DNA of 64,000 nucleotides from NCBI GenBank assembly GCA_964057225.1, contig OZ059896.1:12710001-12774000 (forward strand), read 5' to 3'. The DNA is from Auanema rhodensis. Taxonomy: Eukaryota; Animalia; Nematoda. Positions 42,601-58,200 of this stretch are shown in pieces. Under the pieces are notes generated by a model. It did not search any database. It saw nothing but the letters and a program-made list of their open reading frames with translations, and had not been told where the DNA came from. Numbering within the stretch: the stretch's first letter is position 1; every line of letters starts with the position of its first letter. The translations under genes and the position numbers were made by a program.

Positions 42601-45600
42601 CGAGCTATTCGAGTGACCGATGCCCAAACGAGCCACGCTTAGAAAATGAGGCTGACATAACACGTTTTTCACTCCTACCCAGATTGATTGCTTTAGAGAC
42701 ATTTCTGTCTTATCTCATTATATTCTCTACTTTGACTTTGATTTTTCTAAAACTTCATTGATGTATAATTCAAAATATCATTTCTTGTGATCAGATTGTT
42801 AATTGTTATAACTGTAAACGTTTCTCTCGAAATAGCAAGTAGAGTGTTCAGTTGTACCCACTTAACAAAGAAAGTAGAAGAACATATATATTAAGAGCAA
42901 AAAAAGTGCGGAAAAGTCGTTATCTCGTTAACATTAGTTTCACTGCCCAAAACTCTGTTTATTGTCATTCTACTTGCTATTTCGAGAGAAACGTTTACAG
43001 ATGTATATGAATATTTACTACACTAGCAAGCACAAGAAAACCTTATACTAGTTCATTGTTTTTTTTTTAATTTTTTTCGGTATATTTATTTTTTCACTGT
43101 CAAATCGGCAAGCACCTGTTGCACATGTGCGAGCTATTCGAGTGACCGATGCCCAAACGAGCCACGCTTAGAAAATGAAGCTGACATAACACGTTTTTCA
43201 CTCCTACCCAGATTGATTGCTTTAGAGACATTTCTGTCTTATCTCATTATATTCTCTACTTTGACTTTGATTTTTCTAAAATTGCATTAATGTAAAATTC
43301 AAAATATTATTTCTTGTGATCAGATTGTTAATCGTTATATCTGTAAACGTTTCTCTCAAAATAGCAAGTAGAGTGTTCAGTTGTACCCACTCAACAAAGA
43401 AAGTAGAAGAACATATATATTTAGAGCAAAAAAAGTGCGGAAAAGTCGTTATCTCGTTAACATCAGTTTCACTGCCCAAAACTCAGTTCATTGTCATTCT
43501 ACTTGCTATTTCGAGAGATACGTTTACAGATGTATATGAATATTTACTACACTAGCAAGCAGAAGAAAACCTTATACTAGTTCATTGTTTTTTTTTTAAT
43601 TTTTTTCGGTATATTTATTTTTTCACTGTCAAATCGGCAAGCACCTGTTGCACATGTGCGAGCTATTCGAGTGACCGATGCCCAAACGAGCCACGCTTAG
43701 AAAATGAGGCTGACATAACACGTTTTTCACTCCTACCCAGATTGATTGCTCTAGAGACATTTCTGTCTTATCTCATTATATTCTCTACTTTGACTTTGAT
43801 TTTTCTAAAATTTCATTAATGTAAAATTCAAAATATCGTTTCTTGTGATCAGATTGTTAATCGTTATATCTGTAAACGTTTCTCTCAAAATAGCAAGTAG
43901 AGTGTTCAGTTGTACCCACTCAACAAAGAAAGTAGAAGAACATATATATTTAGAGCAAAAAAAGTGCGGAAAAGTCGTTATCTCGTTAACATCAGTTTCA
44001 CTGCCCAAAACTCAGTTTATTGTCATTCTACTTGCTATTTCGAGAGAAACGTTTACAGATGTATATGAATATTTACTACACTAGCAAGCAGAAGAAAACC
44101 TTATACTAGTTCATTGTTTTTTTTTAAATTTTTTTCGGTATATTTATTTTTTCACTGTCAAATCGGCAAGCACCTGCTGCACATGTGCGAGCTATTCGAG
44201 TGACCGATGCCCAAACGAGCCACGCTTAGAAAATGAGGCTGACATAACACGTTTTTCACTCCTACCCAGATTGATTGCTCTAGAGACATTTCTGTCTTAT
44301 CTCATTATATTCTCTACTTTGACTTTGATTTTTCTAAAATTTCATTAATGTAAAATTCAAAATATCGTTTCTTGTGATCAGATTGTTAATCGTTATATCT
44401 GTAAACGTTTCTCTCGAAATAGCAAGTAGAGTGTTCAGTTGTACCCACTCAACAAAGAAAGTAGAAGAACATATATATTTAGAGCAAAAAAAGTGCGGAA
44501 AATTCGTTATCTCGTTAACATCAGTTTCACTGCCCAAAACTCAGTTTATTGTCATTCTACTTGCTATTTCGAGAGAAACGTTTACAGATGTATATGAATA
44601 TTTACTACACTAGCAAGCAGAAGAAAACCTTATACTAGTTCATTGTTTTTTTTTAAATTTTTTTCGGTATATTTATTTTTTCACTGTCAAATCGGCAAGC
44701 ACCTGCTGCACATGTGCGAGCTATTCGAGTGACCGATGCCCAAACGAGCCACGCTTAGAAAATGAGGCTGACATAACACGTTTTTCACTCCTACCCAGAT
44801 TGATTGCTTTAGAGACATTTCTGTCTTATCTCATTATATTCTCTATTTTGACTTTGATTTTTCTAAAACTTCATTAATGTATAATTCAAAATATGATTTC
44901 TTGTGATCAGATTGTTAATTGTTATAACTGTAAACATTTCTCTCGAAATAGCAAGTAGAGTGTTCAGTTGCACCCACTTAACAAAGAAAGTAGAAGAACA
45001 TATATATTTAGAGCAAAAAAAGTGCGGAAAAGTCGTTATCTCGTTAACATCAGTTTCACTGCCCAAAACTCAGTTTATTGTCATTCTACTTGCTATTTCG
45101 AGAGAAACGTTTACAGATGTATATGAATATTTACTACACTAGCAAGCAGAAGAAAACCTTATACTAGTTCATTGTTTTTTTTTAAATTTTTTTCGGTATA
45201 TTTATTTTTTCACTGTCAAATCGGCAAGCACCTGCTGCACATGTGCGAGCTATTCGAGTGACCGATGCCCAAACGAGCCACGCTTAGAAAATGAGGCTGA
45301 CATAACACGTTTTTCACTCCTACCCAGATTGATTGCTTTAGAGACATTTCTGTCTTATCTCATTATATTCTCTACTTTGACTTTGATTTTTCTAAAATTT
45401 CATTAATGTAAAATTCAAAATATCATTTCTTGTGATCAGATTGTTAATCGTTATATCTGTAAACGTTTCTCTCAAAATAGCAAGTAGAGTGTTCAGTTGT
45501 ACCCACTCAACAAAGAAAGTAGAAGAACATATATATTTAGAGCAAAAAAAGTGCGGAAAAGTCGTTATCTCGTTAACATCAGTTTCACTGCCCAAAACTC

Positions 45601-48600
45601 TGTTTATTGTCATTCTACTTGCTATTTCGAGAGAAACGTTTACAGATGTATATGAATATTTACTACACTAGCAAGCAGAAGAAAACCTTATACTAGTTCA
45701 TTGTTTTTTTTTTAATTTTTTTCGGTATATTTATTTTTTCACTGTCAAATCGGCAAGCACCTGTTGCACATGTGCGAGCTATTCGAGTGACCGATGCCCA
45801 AACGAGCCACGCTTAGAAAATGAAGCTGACATAACACGTTTTTCACTCCTACCCAGATTGATTGCTTTAGAGACATTTCTGTCTTATCTCATTATATTCT
45901 CTACTTTGACTTTGATTTTTCTAAAATTGCATTAATGTAAAATTCAAAATATTATTTCTTGTGATCAGATTGTTAATCGTTATATCTGTAGACGTTTCTC
46001 TCAAAATAGCAAGTAGAGTGTTCAGTTGTACCCACTCAACAAAGAAAGTAGAAGAACATATATATTTAGAGCAAAAAAAGTGCGGAAAAGTCGTTATCTC
46101 GTTAACATCAGTTTCACTGCCCAAAACTCAGTTCATTGTCATTCTACTTGCTATTTCGAGAGATACGTTTACAGATGTATATGAATATTTACTACACTAG
46201 CAAGCAGAAGAAAACCTTATACTAGTTCATTGTTTTTTTTTAATTTTTTTCGGTATATTTATTTTTTCACTGTCAAATGGGCAAGCACCTGCTGCACATG
46301 TGCGAGCTATTCGAGTGACCGATGCCCAAACGAGCCACGCTTAGAAAATGAGGCTGACATAACACGTTTTTCACTCCTACCCAGATTGATTGCTTCAGAG
46401 ACATTTCTGTCTTATCTCATTATATTCTCTACTTTGACTTTGATTTTTCTAAAACTTCATTAATGTATAATTCAAAATATCATTTCTTGTGATCAGATTG
46501 TTAATTGTTATAACTGTAAACGTTTCTCTCGAAATAGCAAGTAGAGTGTTCAGTTGTACCCACTTAACAAAGAAAGTAGAAGAACATATATATTTAGAGC
46601 AAAAAAAGTGCGGAAAAGTCGTTATCTCGTTAACATTAGTTTCACTGCCCAAAACTCTGTTTATTGTCATTCTACTTGCTATTTCGAGAGAAACGTTTAC
46701 AGATGTATATGAATATTTACTACACTAGCAAGCAGAAGAAAACCTTATACTAGTTCATTGTTTTTTTTTAATTTTTTTCGGTATATTTATTTTTTCACTG
46801 TCAAATCGGCAAGCACCTGTTGCACATGTGCGAGCTATTCGAGTGACCGATGCCCAAACGAGCCACGCTTAGAAAATGAAGCTGACATAACACGTTTTTC
46901 ACTCCTACCCAGATTGATTGCTTTAGAGACATTTCTGTCTTATCTCATTATATTCTCTACTTTGACTTTGATTTTTCTAAAATTGCATTAATGTAAAATT
47001 CAAAATATTATTTCTTGTGATCAGATTGTTAATCGTTATATCTGTAGACGTTTCTCTCAAAATAGCAAGTAGAGTGTTCAGTTGTACCCACTCAACAAAG
47101 AAAGTAGAAGAACATATATATTTAGAGCAAAAAAAGTGCGGAAAAGTCGTTATCTCGTTAACATCAGTTTCACTGCCCAAAACTCAGTTCATTGTCATTC
47201 TACTTGCTATTTCGAGAGATACGTTTACAGATGTATATGAATATTTACAACACTAGCAAGCAGAAGAAAACCTTATACTAGTTCATTGTTTTTTTTTTAA
47301 TTTTTTTCGGTATATTTATTTTTTCACTGTCAAATCGGCAAGCACCTGTTGCACATGTGCGAGCTATTCGAGTGACCGATGCCCAAACGAGCCACGCTTA
47401 GAAAATGAGGCTGACATAACACGTTTTTCACTCCTACCCAGATTGATTGCTCTAGAGACATTTCTGTCTTATCTCATTATATTCTCTACTTTGACTTTGA
47501 TTTTTCTAAAATTTCATTAATGTAAAATTCAAAATATCGTTTCTTGTGATCAGATTGTTAATCGTTATATCTGTAAACGTTTCTCTCAAAATAGCAAGTA
47601 GAGTGTTCAGTTGTACCCACTCAACAAAGAAAGTAGAAGAACATATATATTTAGAGCAAAAAAAGTGCGGAAAAGTCGTTATCTCGTTAACATCAGTTTC
47701 ACTGCCCAAAACTCAGTTTATTGTCATTCTACTTGCTATTTCGAGAGAAACGTTTACAGATGTATATGAATATTTACTACACTAGCAAGCAGAAGAAAAC
47801 CTTATACTACTTCATTGTTTTTTTTTTAACTTTTTTCGGTATATTTATTTTTTCACTGTCAAATCGGCAAGCACCTGCTGCACATGTGCGAGCTATTCGA
47901 GTGACCGATGCCCAAACGAGCCACGCTTAGAAAATGAGGCTGACATAACACGTTTTTCACTCCTACCCAGATTGATTGCTTTAGAGACATTTCTGTCTTA
48001 TCTCATTATATTCTCTACTTTGACTTTGATTTTTCTAAAATTTCATTAATGTAAAATTCAAAATATCATTTCTTGTGATCAGATTGTTAATCGTTATATC
48101 TGTAAACGTTTCTCTCAAAATAGCAAGTAGAGTGTTCAGTTGTACCCACTCAACAAAGAAAGTAGAAGAACATATATATTTAGAGCAAAAAAAGTGCGTA
48201 AAAGTCGTTATCTCGTTAACATCAGTTTCACTGCCCAAAACTCAGTTTATTGTCATTCTACTTGCTATTTCGAGAGAAACGTTTACAGATGTATATGAAT
48301 ATTTACTACACTAGCAAGCAGAAGAAAACCTTATACTAGTTCATTGTTTTTTTTAAATTTTTTTCGGTATATTTATTTTTTCACTGTCAAATCGGCAAGC
48401 ACCTGCTGCACATGTGCGAGCTATTCGAGTGACCGATGCCCAAACAAGCCACGCTTAGAAAATGAGGCTGACATAACACGTTTTTCACTCCTACCCAGAT
48501 TGATTGCTTTAGAGACATTTCTGTCTTATCTCATTATATTCTCTACTTTGACTTTGATTTTTCTAAAATTTCATTAATGTAAAATTCAAAATATCATTTC

Positions 48601-51600
48601 TTGTGATCAGATTGTTAATTGTTATAACTGTAAACGTTTCTCTCGAAATAGCAAGTAGAGTGTTCAGTTGTACCCACTTAACAAAGAAAGTAGAAGAACA
48701 TATATATTTAGAGCAAAAAAAGTGCGGAAAAGTCGTTATCTCGTTAACATTAGTTTCACTGCCCAAAACTCTGTTTATTGTCACTCTACTTGCTATTTCG
48801 AGAGAAACGTTTACAGATGTATATGAATATTTACTACACTAGCAAGCAGAAGAAAACCTTATACTAGTTCATTGTTTTTTTTAAATTTTTTTCGGTATAT
48901 TTATTTTTTCACTGTCAAATCGGCAAGCACCTGCTGCACATGTGCGAGCTATTCGAGTGAACGATGCCCAAACGAGCCACGCTTAGAAAATGAGGCTGAC
49001 ATAACACGTTTTTCACTCCTACCCAGATTGATTGCTTTAGAGACATTTCTGTCTTATCTCATTATATTCTCTATTTTGACTTTGATTTTTCTAAAACTTC
49101 ATTAATGTATAATTCAAAATATGATTTCTTGTGATCAGATTGTTAATTGTTATAACTGTAAACATTTCTCTCGAAATAGCAAGTAGAGTGTTCAGTTGTA
49201 CCCACTTAACAAAGAAAGTAGAAGAACATATATATTTAGAGCAAAAAAAGTGCGGAAAAGTCGTTATCTCGTTAACATCAGTTTCACTGCCCAAAACTCA
49301 GTTTATTGTCATTCTACTTGCTATTTCGAGAGAAACGTTTACAGATGTATATGAATATTTACTACACTAGCAAGCAGAAGAAAACCTTATACTAGTTCAT
49401 TGTTTTTTTTTAAATTTTTTTCGGTATATTTATTTTTTCACTGTCAAATCGGCAAGCACCTGCTGCACATGTGCGAGCTATTCGAGTGACCGATGCCCAA
49501 ACGAGCCACGCTTAGAAAATGAGGCTGACATAACACGTTTTTCACTCCTACCCAGATTGATTGCTTTAGAGACATTTCTGTCTTATCTCATTATATTCTC
49601 TACTTTGACTTTGATTTTTCTAAAATTTCATTAATGTAAAATTCAAAATATCATTTCTTGTGATCAGATTGTTAATCGTTATATCTGTAAACGTTTCTCT
49701 CAAAATAGCAAGTAGAGTGTTCAGTTGTACCCACTCAACAAAGAAAGTAGAAGAACATATATATTTAGAGCAAAAAAAGTGCGGAAAAGTCGTTATCTCG
49801 TTAACATCAGTTTCACTGCCCAAAACTCAGTTCATTGTCATTCTACTTGCTATTTCGAGAGATACGTTTACAGATGTATATGAATATTTACTACACTAGC
49901 AAGCAGAAGAAAACCTTATACTAGTTCATTGTTTTTTTTTAATTTTTTTCGGTATATTTATTTTTTCACTGTCAAATGGGCAAGCACCTGCTGCACATGT
50001 GCGAGCTATTCGAGTGACCGATGCCCAAACGAGCCACGCTTAGAAAATGAGGCTGACATAACACGTTTTTCACTCCTACCCAGATTGATTGCTTTAGAGA
50101 CATTTCTGTCTTATCTCATTATATTCTCTACTTTGACTTTGATTTTTCTAAAACTTCATTAATGTATAATTCAAAATATCATTTCTTGTGATCAGATTGT
50201 TAATTGTTATAACTGTAAACGTTTCTCTCGAAATAGCAAGTAGAGTGTTCAGTTGTACCCACTTAACAAAGAAAGTAGAAGAACATATATATTTAGAGCA
50301 AAAAAAGTGCGGAAAAGTCGTTATCTCGTTAACATTAGTTTCACTGCCCAAAACTCTGTTTATTGTCATTCTACTTGCTATTTCGAGAGAAACGTTTACA
50401 GATGTATATGAATATTTACTACACTAGCAAGCAGAAGAAAACCTTATACTAGTTCATTGTTTTTTTTTTAATTTTTTTCGGTATATTTATTTTTTCACTG
50501 TCAAATCGGCAAGCACCTGTTGCACATGTGCGAGCTATTCGAGTGACCGATGCCCAAACGAGCCACGCTTAGAAAATGAAGCTGACATAACACGTTTTTC
50601 ACTCCTACCCAGATTGATTGCTTTAGAGACATTTCTCTCTTATCTCATTATATTCTCTACTTTGACTTTGATTTTTCTAAAATTGCATTAATGTAAAATT
50701 CAAAATATTATTTCTTGTGATCAGATTGTTAATCGTTATATCTGTAAACGTTTCTCTCAAAATAGCAAGTAGAGTGTTCAGTTGTACCCACTCAACAAAG
50801 AAAGTAGAAGAACATATATATTTAGAGCAAAAAAAGTGCGGAAAAGTCGTTATCTCGTTAACATCAGTTTCACTGCCCAAAACTCAGTTCATTGTCATTC
50901 TACTTGCTATTTCGAGAGATACGTTTACAGATGTATATGAATATTTACTACACTAGCAAGCAGAAGAAAACCTTATACTAGTTCATTGTTTTTTTTTTAA
51001 TTTTTTTCGGTATATTTATTTTTTCACTGTCAAATCGGCAAGCACCTGTTGCACATGTGCGAGCTATTCGAGTGACCGATGCCCAAACGAGCCACGCTTA
51101 GAAAATGAGGCTGACATAACACGTTTTTCACTCCTACCCAGATTGATTGCTCTAGAGACATTTCTGTCTTATCTCATTATATTCTCTACTTTGACTTTGA
51201 TTTTTCTAAAATTTCATTAATGTAAAATTCAAAATATCATTTCTTGTGATCAGATTGTTAATCGTTATATCTGTAAACGTTTCTCTCAAAATAGCAAGTA
51301 GAGTGTTCAGTTGTACCCACTCAACAAAGAAAGTAGAAGAACATATATATTTAGAGCAAAAAAAGTGCGGAAAAGTCGTTATCTCGTTAACATCAGTTTC
51401 ACTGCCCAAAACTCAGTTTATTGTCATTCTACTTGCTATTTCGAGAGAAACGTTTACAGATGTATATGAATATTTACTACACTAGCAAGCAGAAGAAAAC
51501 CTTATACTAGTTCATTGTTTTTTTTTAATTTTTTTCGGTATATTTATTTTTTCACTGTCAAATCGGCAAGCACCTGCTGCACATGTGCGAGCTATTCGAG

Positions 51601-51773
51601 TGACCAATGCCCAAACGAGCCACGCTTAGAAAATGAGGCTGACATAACACGTTTTTCACTTCTACCCAGATTGATTGCTTTAGAGACATTTCTGTCTTAT
51701 CTCATTATATTCTCTACTTTGACTTTGATTTTTCTAAAACTTCATTAATGTATAATTCAAAATATCATTTCTT

Positions 51774-52275
51774 GTGATCAGATTTTTAATTGTTATAACT
51801 GTAAACGTTTCTCTCGAAATAGCAAGTAGAGTGTTCAGTTGTACCCACTTAACGAAGAAAGTAGAAGAACATATATATTTTGAGCAAAAAAAGTGCGGAA
51901 AAGTCGTTATCTCGTTAACATCAGTTTCACTGCCCGAAACTCAGTTTATTGTCATTCTACTTGCACTGTCAAATCGGCAACACTAGCAAGCAGAAAAAAA
52001 CCTTATACTAGTTCATTGTTTTTTTTTAAATTTTTTTCGGTATATTTATTTTTTCACTGTCAAATGGGCAAGCACCTGCTGCACATGTGCGAGCTATTCG
52101 AGTGACCGATGCCCAAACGAGCCACGCTTAGAAAATGAGGCTGACATAACACGTTTTTCACTCCTACCCAGATTGATTGCTTTAGAGACATTTCTGTCTT
52201 ATCTCATTATATTCTCTACTTTGACTTTGATTTTTCTAAAATTTCATTAATGTAAAATTCAAAATATCATTTCTT
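51774..52275 (+). other. Monomer with internal ~117-bp deletion (junction 51964/51965)
   Basis: ...CTACTTGC joins directly to ACTGTCAAATCGGCAACACTAG. Unit length is 502 versus ~619 for a two-module monomer. Confidence 0.9.
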
Positions 52276-55200
52276 GTGATCAGATTGTTAATCGTTATAT
52301 CTGTAAACGTTTCTCCCGAAATAGCAAGTAGAGTGTTCAGTTGTACTCACTTAACAAAGAAAGTAGAAGAACATATATATTTAGAGCAAAAAAAGTGCGG
52401 AAAAGTCGTTATCTCGTTAACATCAGTTTCACTGTTCAAAACTCTGTTTATTGTCACTCCACTTGCTATTTCGAGAGAAACGTTTACAGATGTATATGAA
52501 TATTTACTACACTAGCAAGCAGAAGAAAACCTTATACTAGTTCATTGTTTTTTTTTTAATTTTTTTCGGTATATTTATTTTTTCACTGTCAAATCGGCAA
52601 GCACCTGTTGCACATGTGCGAGCTGTTCGAGTGACCGATGCCCAAACGAGCCACGCTTAGAAAATGAGGCTGACATAACACGTTTTTCACTCCTACCCAG
52701 ATTGATTGCTTTAGAGACATTTCTGTCTTATCTCATTATATTCTCTACTTTGACTTTGATTTTTCTAAAACTTCATTAATGTATAATTCAAAATATCATT
52801 TCTTGTGATCAGATTGTTAATTGTTATAACTGTAAACGTTTCTCTCGAAATAGCAAGTAGAGTGTTCAGTTGTACCCACTTAACAAAGAAAGTAGAAGAA
52901 CATATATATTTAGAGCAAAAAAAGTGCGGAAAAGTCGTTATCTCGTTAACATTAGTTTCACTGCCCAAAACTCTGTTTATTGTCACTCTACTTGCTATTT
53001 CGAGAGAAACGTTTACAGATGTATATGAATATTTACTACACTAGCAAGCAGAAGAAAACCTTATACTAGTTCATTGTTTTTTTTTTGAAATTTTTTCCGG
53101 TATATTTATTTTTTCACTGTCAAATCGGCAAGCACCTGCTGCACATGTGCGAGCTATTCGAGTGACCGATGCCCAAACGAGCCACGCTTAGAAAATGAAG
53201 CTGACATAACACGTTTTTCACTCCTACCCAGATTGATTGCTTTAGAGACATTTCTGTCTTATCTCATTATATTCTCTACTTTGACTTTGATTTTTCTAAA
53301 ATTTCATTAATGTAAAATTCAAAATATCATTTCTTGTGATCAGATTGTTAATTGTTATAACTGTAAACGTTTCTCTCGAAATAGCAAGTAGAGTGTTCAG
53401 TTGTACCCACTTAACAAAGAAAGTAGAAGAACATATATATTTAGAGCAAAAAAAGTGCGGAAAAGTCGTTATCTCGTTAACATTAGTTTCACTGCCCAAA
53501 ACTCTGTTTATTGTCACTCTACTTGCTATTTCGAGAGAAACGTTTACAGATGTATATGAATATTTACTACACTAGCAAGCAGAAGAAAACCTTATACTAG
53601 TTCATTGTTTTTTTTTTGAAATTTTTTCCGGTATATTTATTTTTTCACTGTCAAATCGGCAAGCACCTGCTGCACATGTGCGAGCTATTCAAGTGACCGA
53701 TGCCCGAACGAGCCACGCTTAGAAAATGAGGCTGACATAACACGTTTTTCACTCCTACCCAGATTGATTGTTTTAGAGACATTTCTGTCTTATCTCATTA
53801 TATTCTCTACTTTGACTTTGATTTTTCTAAAATTTCATTAATGTAAAATTCAAAACAATTATTTCTTGTGATCAGATTGTTAATCGTTATATCTGTAAAC
53901 GTTTCTCTCGAAATAGCAAGTAGAGTGTTCAGTTGTACTCAGTTAACAAAGAAAGTAGAAGAACATATATATTTTGAGCAAAAAAAGTGCAGAAAAGTCG
54001 TTATCTCGTTAACATCAGTTTCACTGTTCAAAACTCTGTTTATTGTCACTCTACTTGCTATTTCGAGAGAAACGTTTACAGATATATATGAATATTTACT
54101 ACACTAGCAAGCGGAAGAAAACCTTATACTAGTTCATTGTTTTTTTTTGAATTTTTTTCGGTATATTTATTTTTTCACTGTCAAATGGGCAAGCACCTGC
54201 TGCACATGTGCGAGCTATTCGAGTGACCGATGCCCGAACGAGCCACGCTTAGAAAATGAGGCTGACATAACACGTTTTTCACTCCTACCCAGATTGATTG
54301 TTTTAGAGACATTTCTGTCTTATCTCATTATATTCTCTACTTTGACTTTGATTTTTCTAAAATTTCATTAATGTAAAATTCAAAATATCATTTCTTGTGA
54401 TCAGATTGTTAATCGTTATATCTGTAAACGTTTCTCTCAAAATAGCAAGTAGAGTGTTCAGTTGTACCCACTCAACAAAGAAAGTAGCAGAACATATATA
54501 TTTAGAGCAAAAAAAGTGCGGAAAAGTCGTTATCTCGTTAACATCAGTTTTACTGCCCAAAACTCAGTTTATTGTCATTCTACTTGCTATTTCGAGAGAT
54601 ACGTTTACAGATGTATATGAATATTTACTACACTAGCAAGCAGAAGAAAACCTTAAACTAGTTCATTGTTTTTTAAAAAATTTTTTTCGGTATATTTATT
54701 TTTTCACTGTCAAATCGGCAAGCACCTGCTGCACATGTGCGAGCTATTCGAGTGACCGATGCCCAAACGAGCCACGCTTAGAAAATGAGGCTGACATAAC
54801 ACGTTTTTCACTCCTACCCAGATTGATTGCTTTAGAGACATTTCTGTCTTATCTCATTATATTCTCTACTTTGACTTTGATTTTTCTAAAATTTCATTAA
54901 TGTATAAATCAAAATATTATTTCTTGTGATCAGATTGTTAATCGTTATATCTGTAAACGTTTCTCCCGAAATAGCAAGTAGAGTGTTCAGTTGTACTCAC
55001 TTAACAAAGAAAGTTGAAGAACATATATATTTAGAGCAAAAAAAGTGCGGAAAAGTCGTTATCTCGTTAACATCAGTTTCACTGTTCAAAACTCTGTTTA
55101 TTGTCACTCCACTTGCTATTTCGAGAGAAACGTTTACAGATGTATATGAATATTTACTACACTAGCAAGCAGAAGAAAACCTTATACTAGTTCATTGTTT

Positions 55201-58200
55201 TTTTTTTAATTTTTTTCGGTATATTTATTTTTTCACTGTCAAATCGGCAAGCACCTGTTGCACATGTGCGAGCTGTTCGAGTGACCGATGCCCAAACGAG
55301 CCACGCTTAGAAAATGAGGCTGACATAACACGTTTTTCACTCCTACCCAGATTGATTGCTTTAGAGACATTTCTGTCTTATCTCATTATATTCTCTACTT
55401 TGACTTTGATTTTTCTAAAACTTCATTAATGTATAATTCAAAATATCATTTCTTGTGATCAGATTGTTAATTGTTATAACTGTAAACGTTTCTCTCGAAA
55501 TAGCAAGTAGAGTGTTCAGTTGTACCCACTTAACAAAGAAAGTAGAAGAACATATAAATTTAGAGCAAAAAAAGTGCGGAAAAGTCGTTATCTCGTTAAC
55601 ATTAGTTTCACTGCCCAAAACTCTGTTTATTGTCACTCTACTTGCTATTTCGAGAGAAACGTTTACAGATGTATATGAATATTTACTACCCTAGCAAGCA
55701 GAAGAAAACCTTATACTAGTTCATTGTTTTTTTTTTGAAATTTTTTCCGGTATATTTATTTTTTCACTGTCAAATTGGCAAGCACCTGCTGCACATGTGC
55801 GAGCTATTCGAGTGACCGATGCCCAAACGAGCCACGCTTAGAAAATGAAGCTGACATAACACGTTTTTCACTCCTACCCAGATTGATTGCTTTAGAGACA
55901 TTTCTGTCTTATCTCATTATATTCTCTACTTTGACTTCGATTTTTCTAAAATTTCATTAATGTATAATTCAAAATATTATTTCTTGTGATCAGATTGTTA
56001 ATCGTTATATCTGTAAACGTTTCTCTCGAAATAGCAAGTAGAGTGTTCAGTTGTACTCACTTAACAAAGAAAGTAGAAGAACATATATATTTTGAGCAAA
56101 AAAAGTGCGGAAAAGTCGTTATCTCGTTAACATCAGCTTCACTGTTCAAAACTCTGTTTATTGTCACTCTACTTGCTATTTCGAGAGAAACGTTTACAGA
56201 TATATATGAATATTTACTACACTAGCAAGCAGAAGAAAACCTTATACTAGTTCATTGTTTTTTTTTAAATTTTTTTCGGTATATTTATTTTTTCACTGTC
56301 AAATGGGCAAGCACCTGCTGCACATGTGCGAGCTATTCGAGTGACCGATGCCCGAACGAGCCACGCTTAGAAAATGAGGCTGACATAACACGTTTTTCAC
56401 TCCTACCCAGATTGATTGTTTTAGAGACATTTCTGTCTTATCTCATTATATTCTCTACTTTGACTTTGATTTTTCTAAAATTTCATTAATGTAAAATTCA
56501 AAATATCATTTCTTGTGATCAGATTGTTAATCGTTATATCTGTAAACGTTTCTCTCAAAATAGCAAGTAGAGTGTTCAGTTGTACCCACTCAACAAAGAA
56601 AGTAGAAGAACATATATATTTAGAGCAAAAAAAGTGCGGAAAAGTCGTTATCTCGTTAACATCAGTTTTACTGCCCAAAACTCAGTTTATTGTCATTCTA
56701 CTTGCTATTTCGAGAGATACGTTTACAGATGTATATGAATATTTACTACACTAGCAAGCAGAAGAAAACCTTAAACTAGTTCATTGTTTTTTTAAAAATT
56801 TTTTTCGGTATATTTATTTTTTCACTGTCAAATCGGCAAGCACCTGCTGCACATGTGCGAGCTATTCGAGTGACCGATGCCCAAACGAGCCACGCTGAGA
56901 AAATGAGGCTGACATAACACGTTTTTCACTCCTACCCAGATTGATTGCTTTAGAGACATTTCTGTCTTATCTCATTATATTCTCTACTTTGACTTTGATT
57001 TTTCTAAAATTTCATTAATGTATAAATCAAAATATTATTTCTTGTGATCAGATTGTTAATCGTTATATCTGTAAACGTTTCTCCCGAAATAGCAAGTAGA
57101 GTGTTCAGTTGTACTCACTTAACAAAGAAAGTAGAAGAACATATATATTTAGAGCAAAAAAAGTGCGGAAAAGTCGTTATCTCGTTAACATCAGTTTCAC
57201 TGTTCAAAACTCTGTTTATTGTCACTCCACTTGCTATTTCGAGAGAAACGTTTACAGATGTATATGAATATTTACTACACTAGCAAGCAGAAGAAAACCT
57301 TATACTAGTTCATTGTTTTTTTTTTAATTTTTTTCGGTATATTTATTTTTTCACTGTCAAATCGGCAAGCACCTGTTGCACATGTGCGAGCTGTTCGAGT
57401 GACCGATGCCCAAACGAGCCACGCTTAGAAAATGAGGCTGACATAACACGTTTTTCACTCCTACCCAGATTGATTGCTTTAGAGACATTTCTGTCTTATC
57501 TCATTATATTCTCTACTTTGACTTTGATTTTTCTAAAACTTCATTAATGTATAATTCAAAATATCATTTCTTGTGATCAGATTGTTAATTGTTATAACTG
57601 TAAACGTTTCTCTCGAAATAGCAAGTAGAGTGTTCAGTTGTACCCACTTAACAAAGAAAGTAGAAGAACATATATATTTAGAGCAAAAAAAGTGCGGAAA
57701 AGTCGTTATCTCGTTAACATTAGTTTCACTGCCCAAAACTCTGTTTATTGTCACTCTACTTGCTATTTCGAGAGAAACGTTTACAGATGTATATGAATAT
57801 TTACTACACTAGCAAGCAGAAGAAAACCTTATACTAGTTCATTGTTTTTTTTTTGAAATTTTTTCCGGTATATTTATTTTTTCACTGTCAAATCGGCAAG
57901 CACCTGCTGCACATGTGCGAGCTATTCGAGTGACCGATGCCCAAACGAGCCACGCTTAGAAAATGAAGCTGACATAACACGTTTTTCACTCCTACCCAGA
58001 TTGATTGCTTTAGAGACATTTCTGTCTTATCTCATTATATTCTCTACTTTGACTTTGATTTTTCTAAAATTTCATTAATGTATAAATCAAAATATTATTT
58101 CTTGTGATCAGATTGTTAATCGTTATATCTGTAAACGTTTCTCTCGAAATAGCAAATAGAGTGTTCCGTTGTACTCACTTAACAAAGAAAGTAGAAGAAC

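Noticed and set aside
52310-52470. Compensatory mutations in the hairpin arms (CTCCCG plus CTCCAC)
   Set aside because: The two changes are at non-paired positions, so each creates a mismatch.
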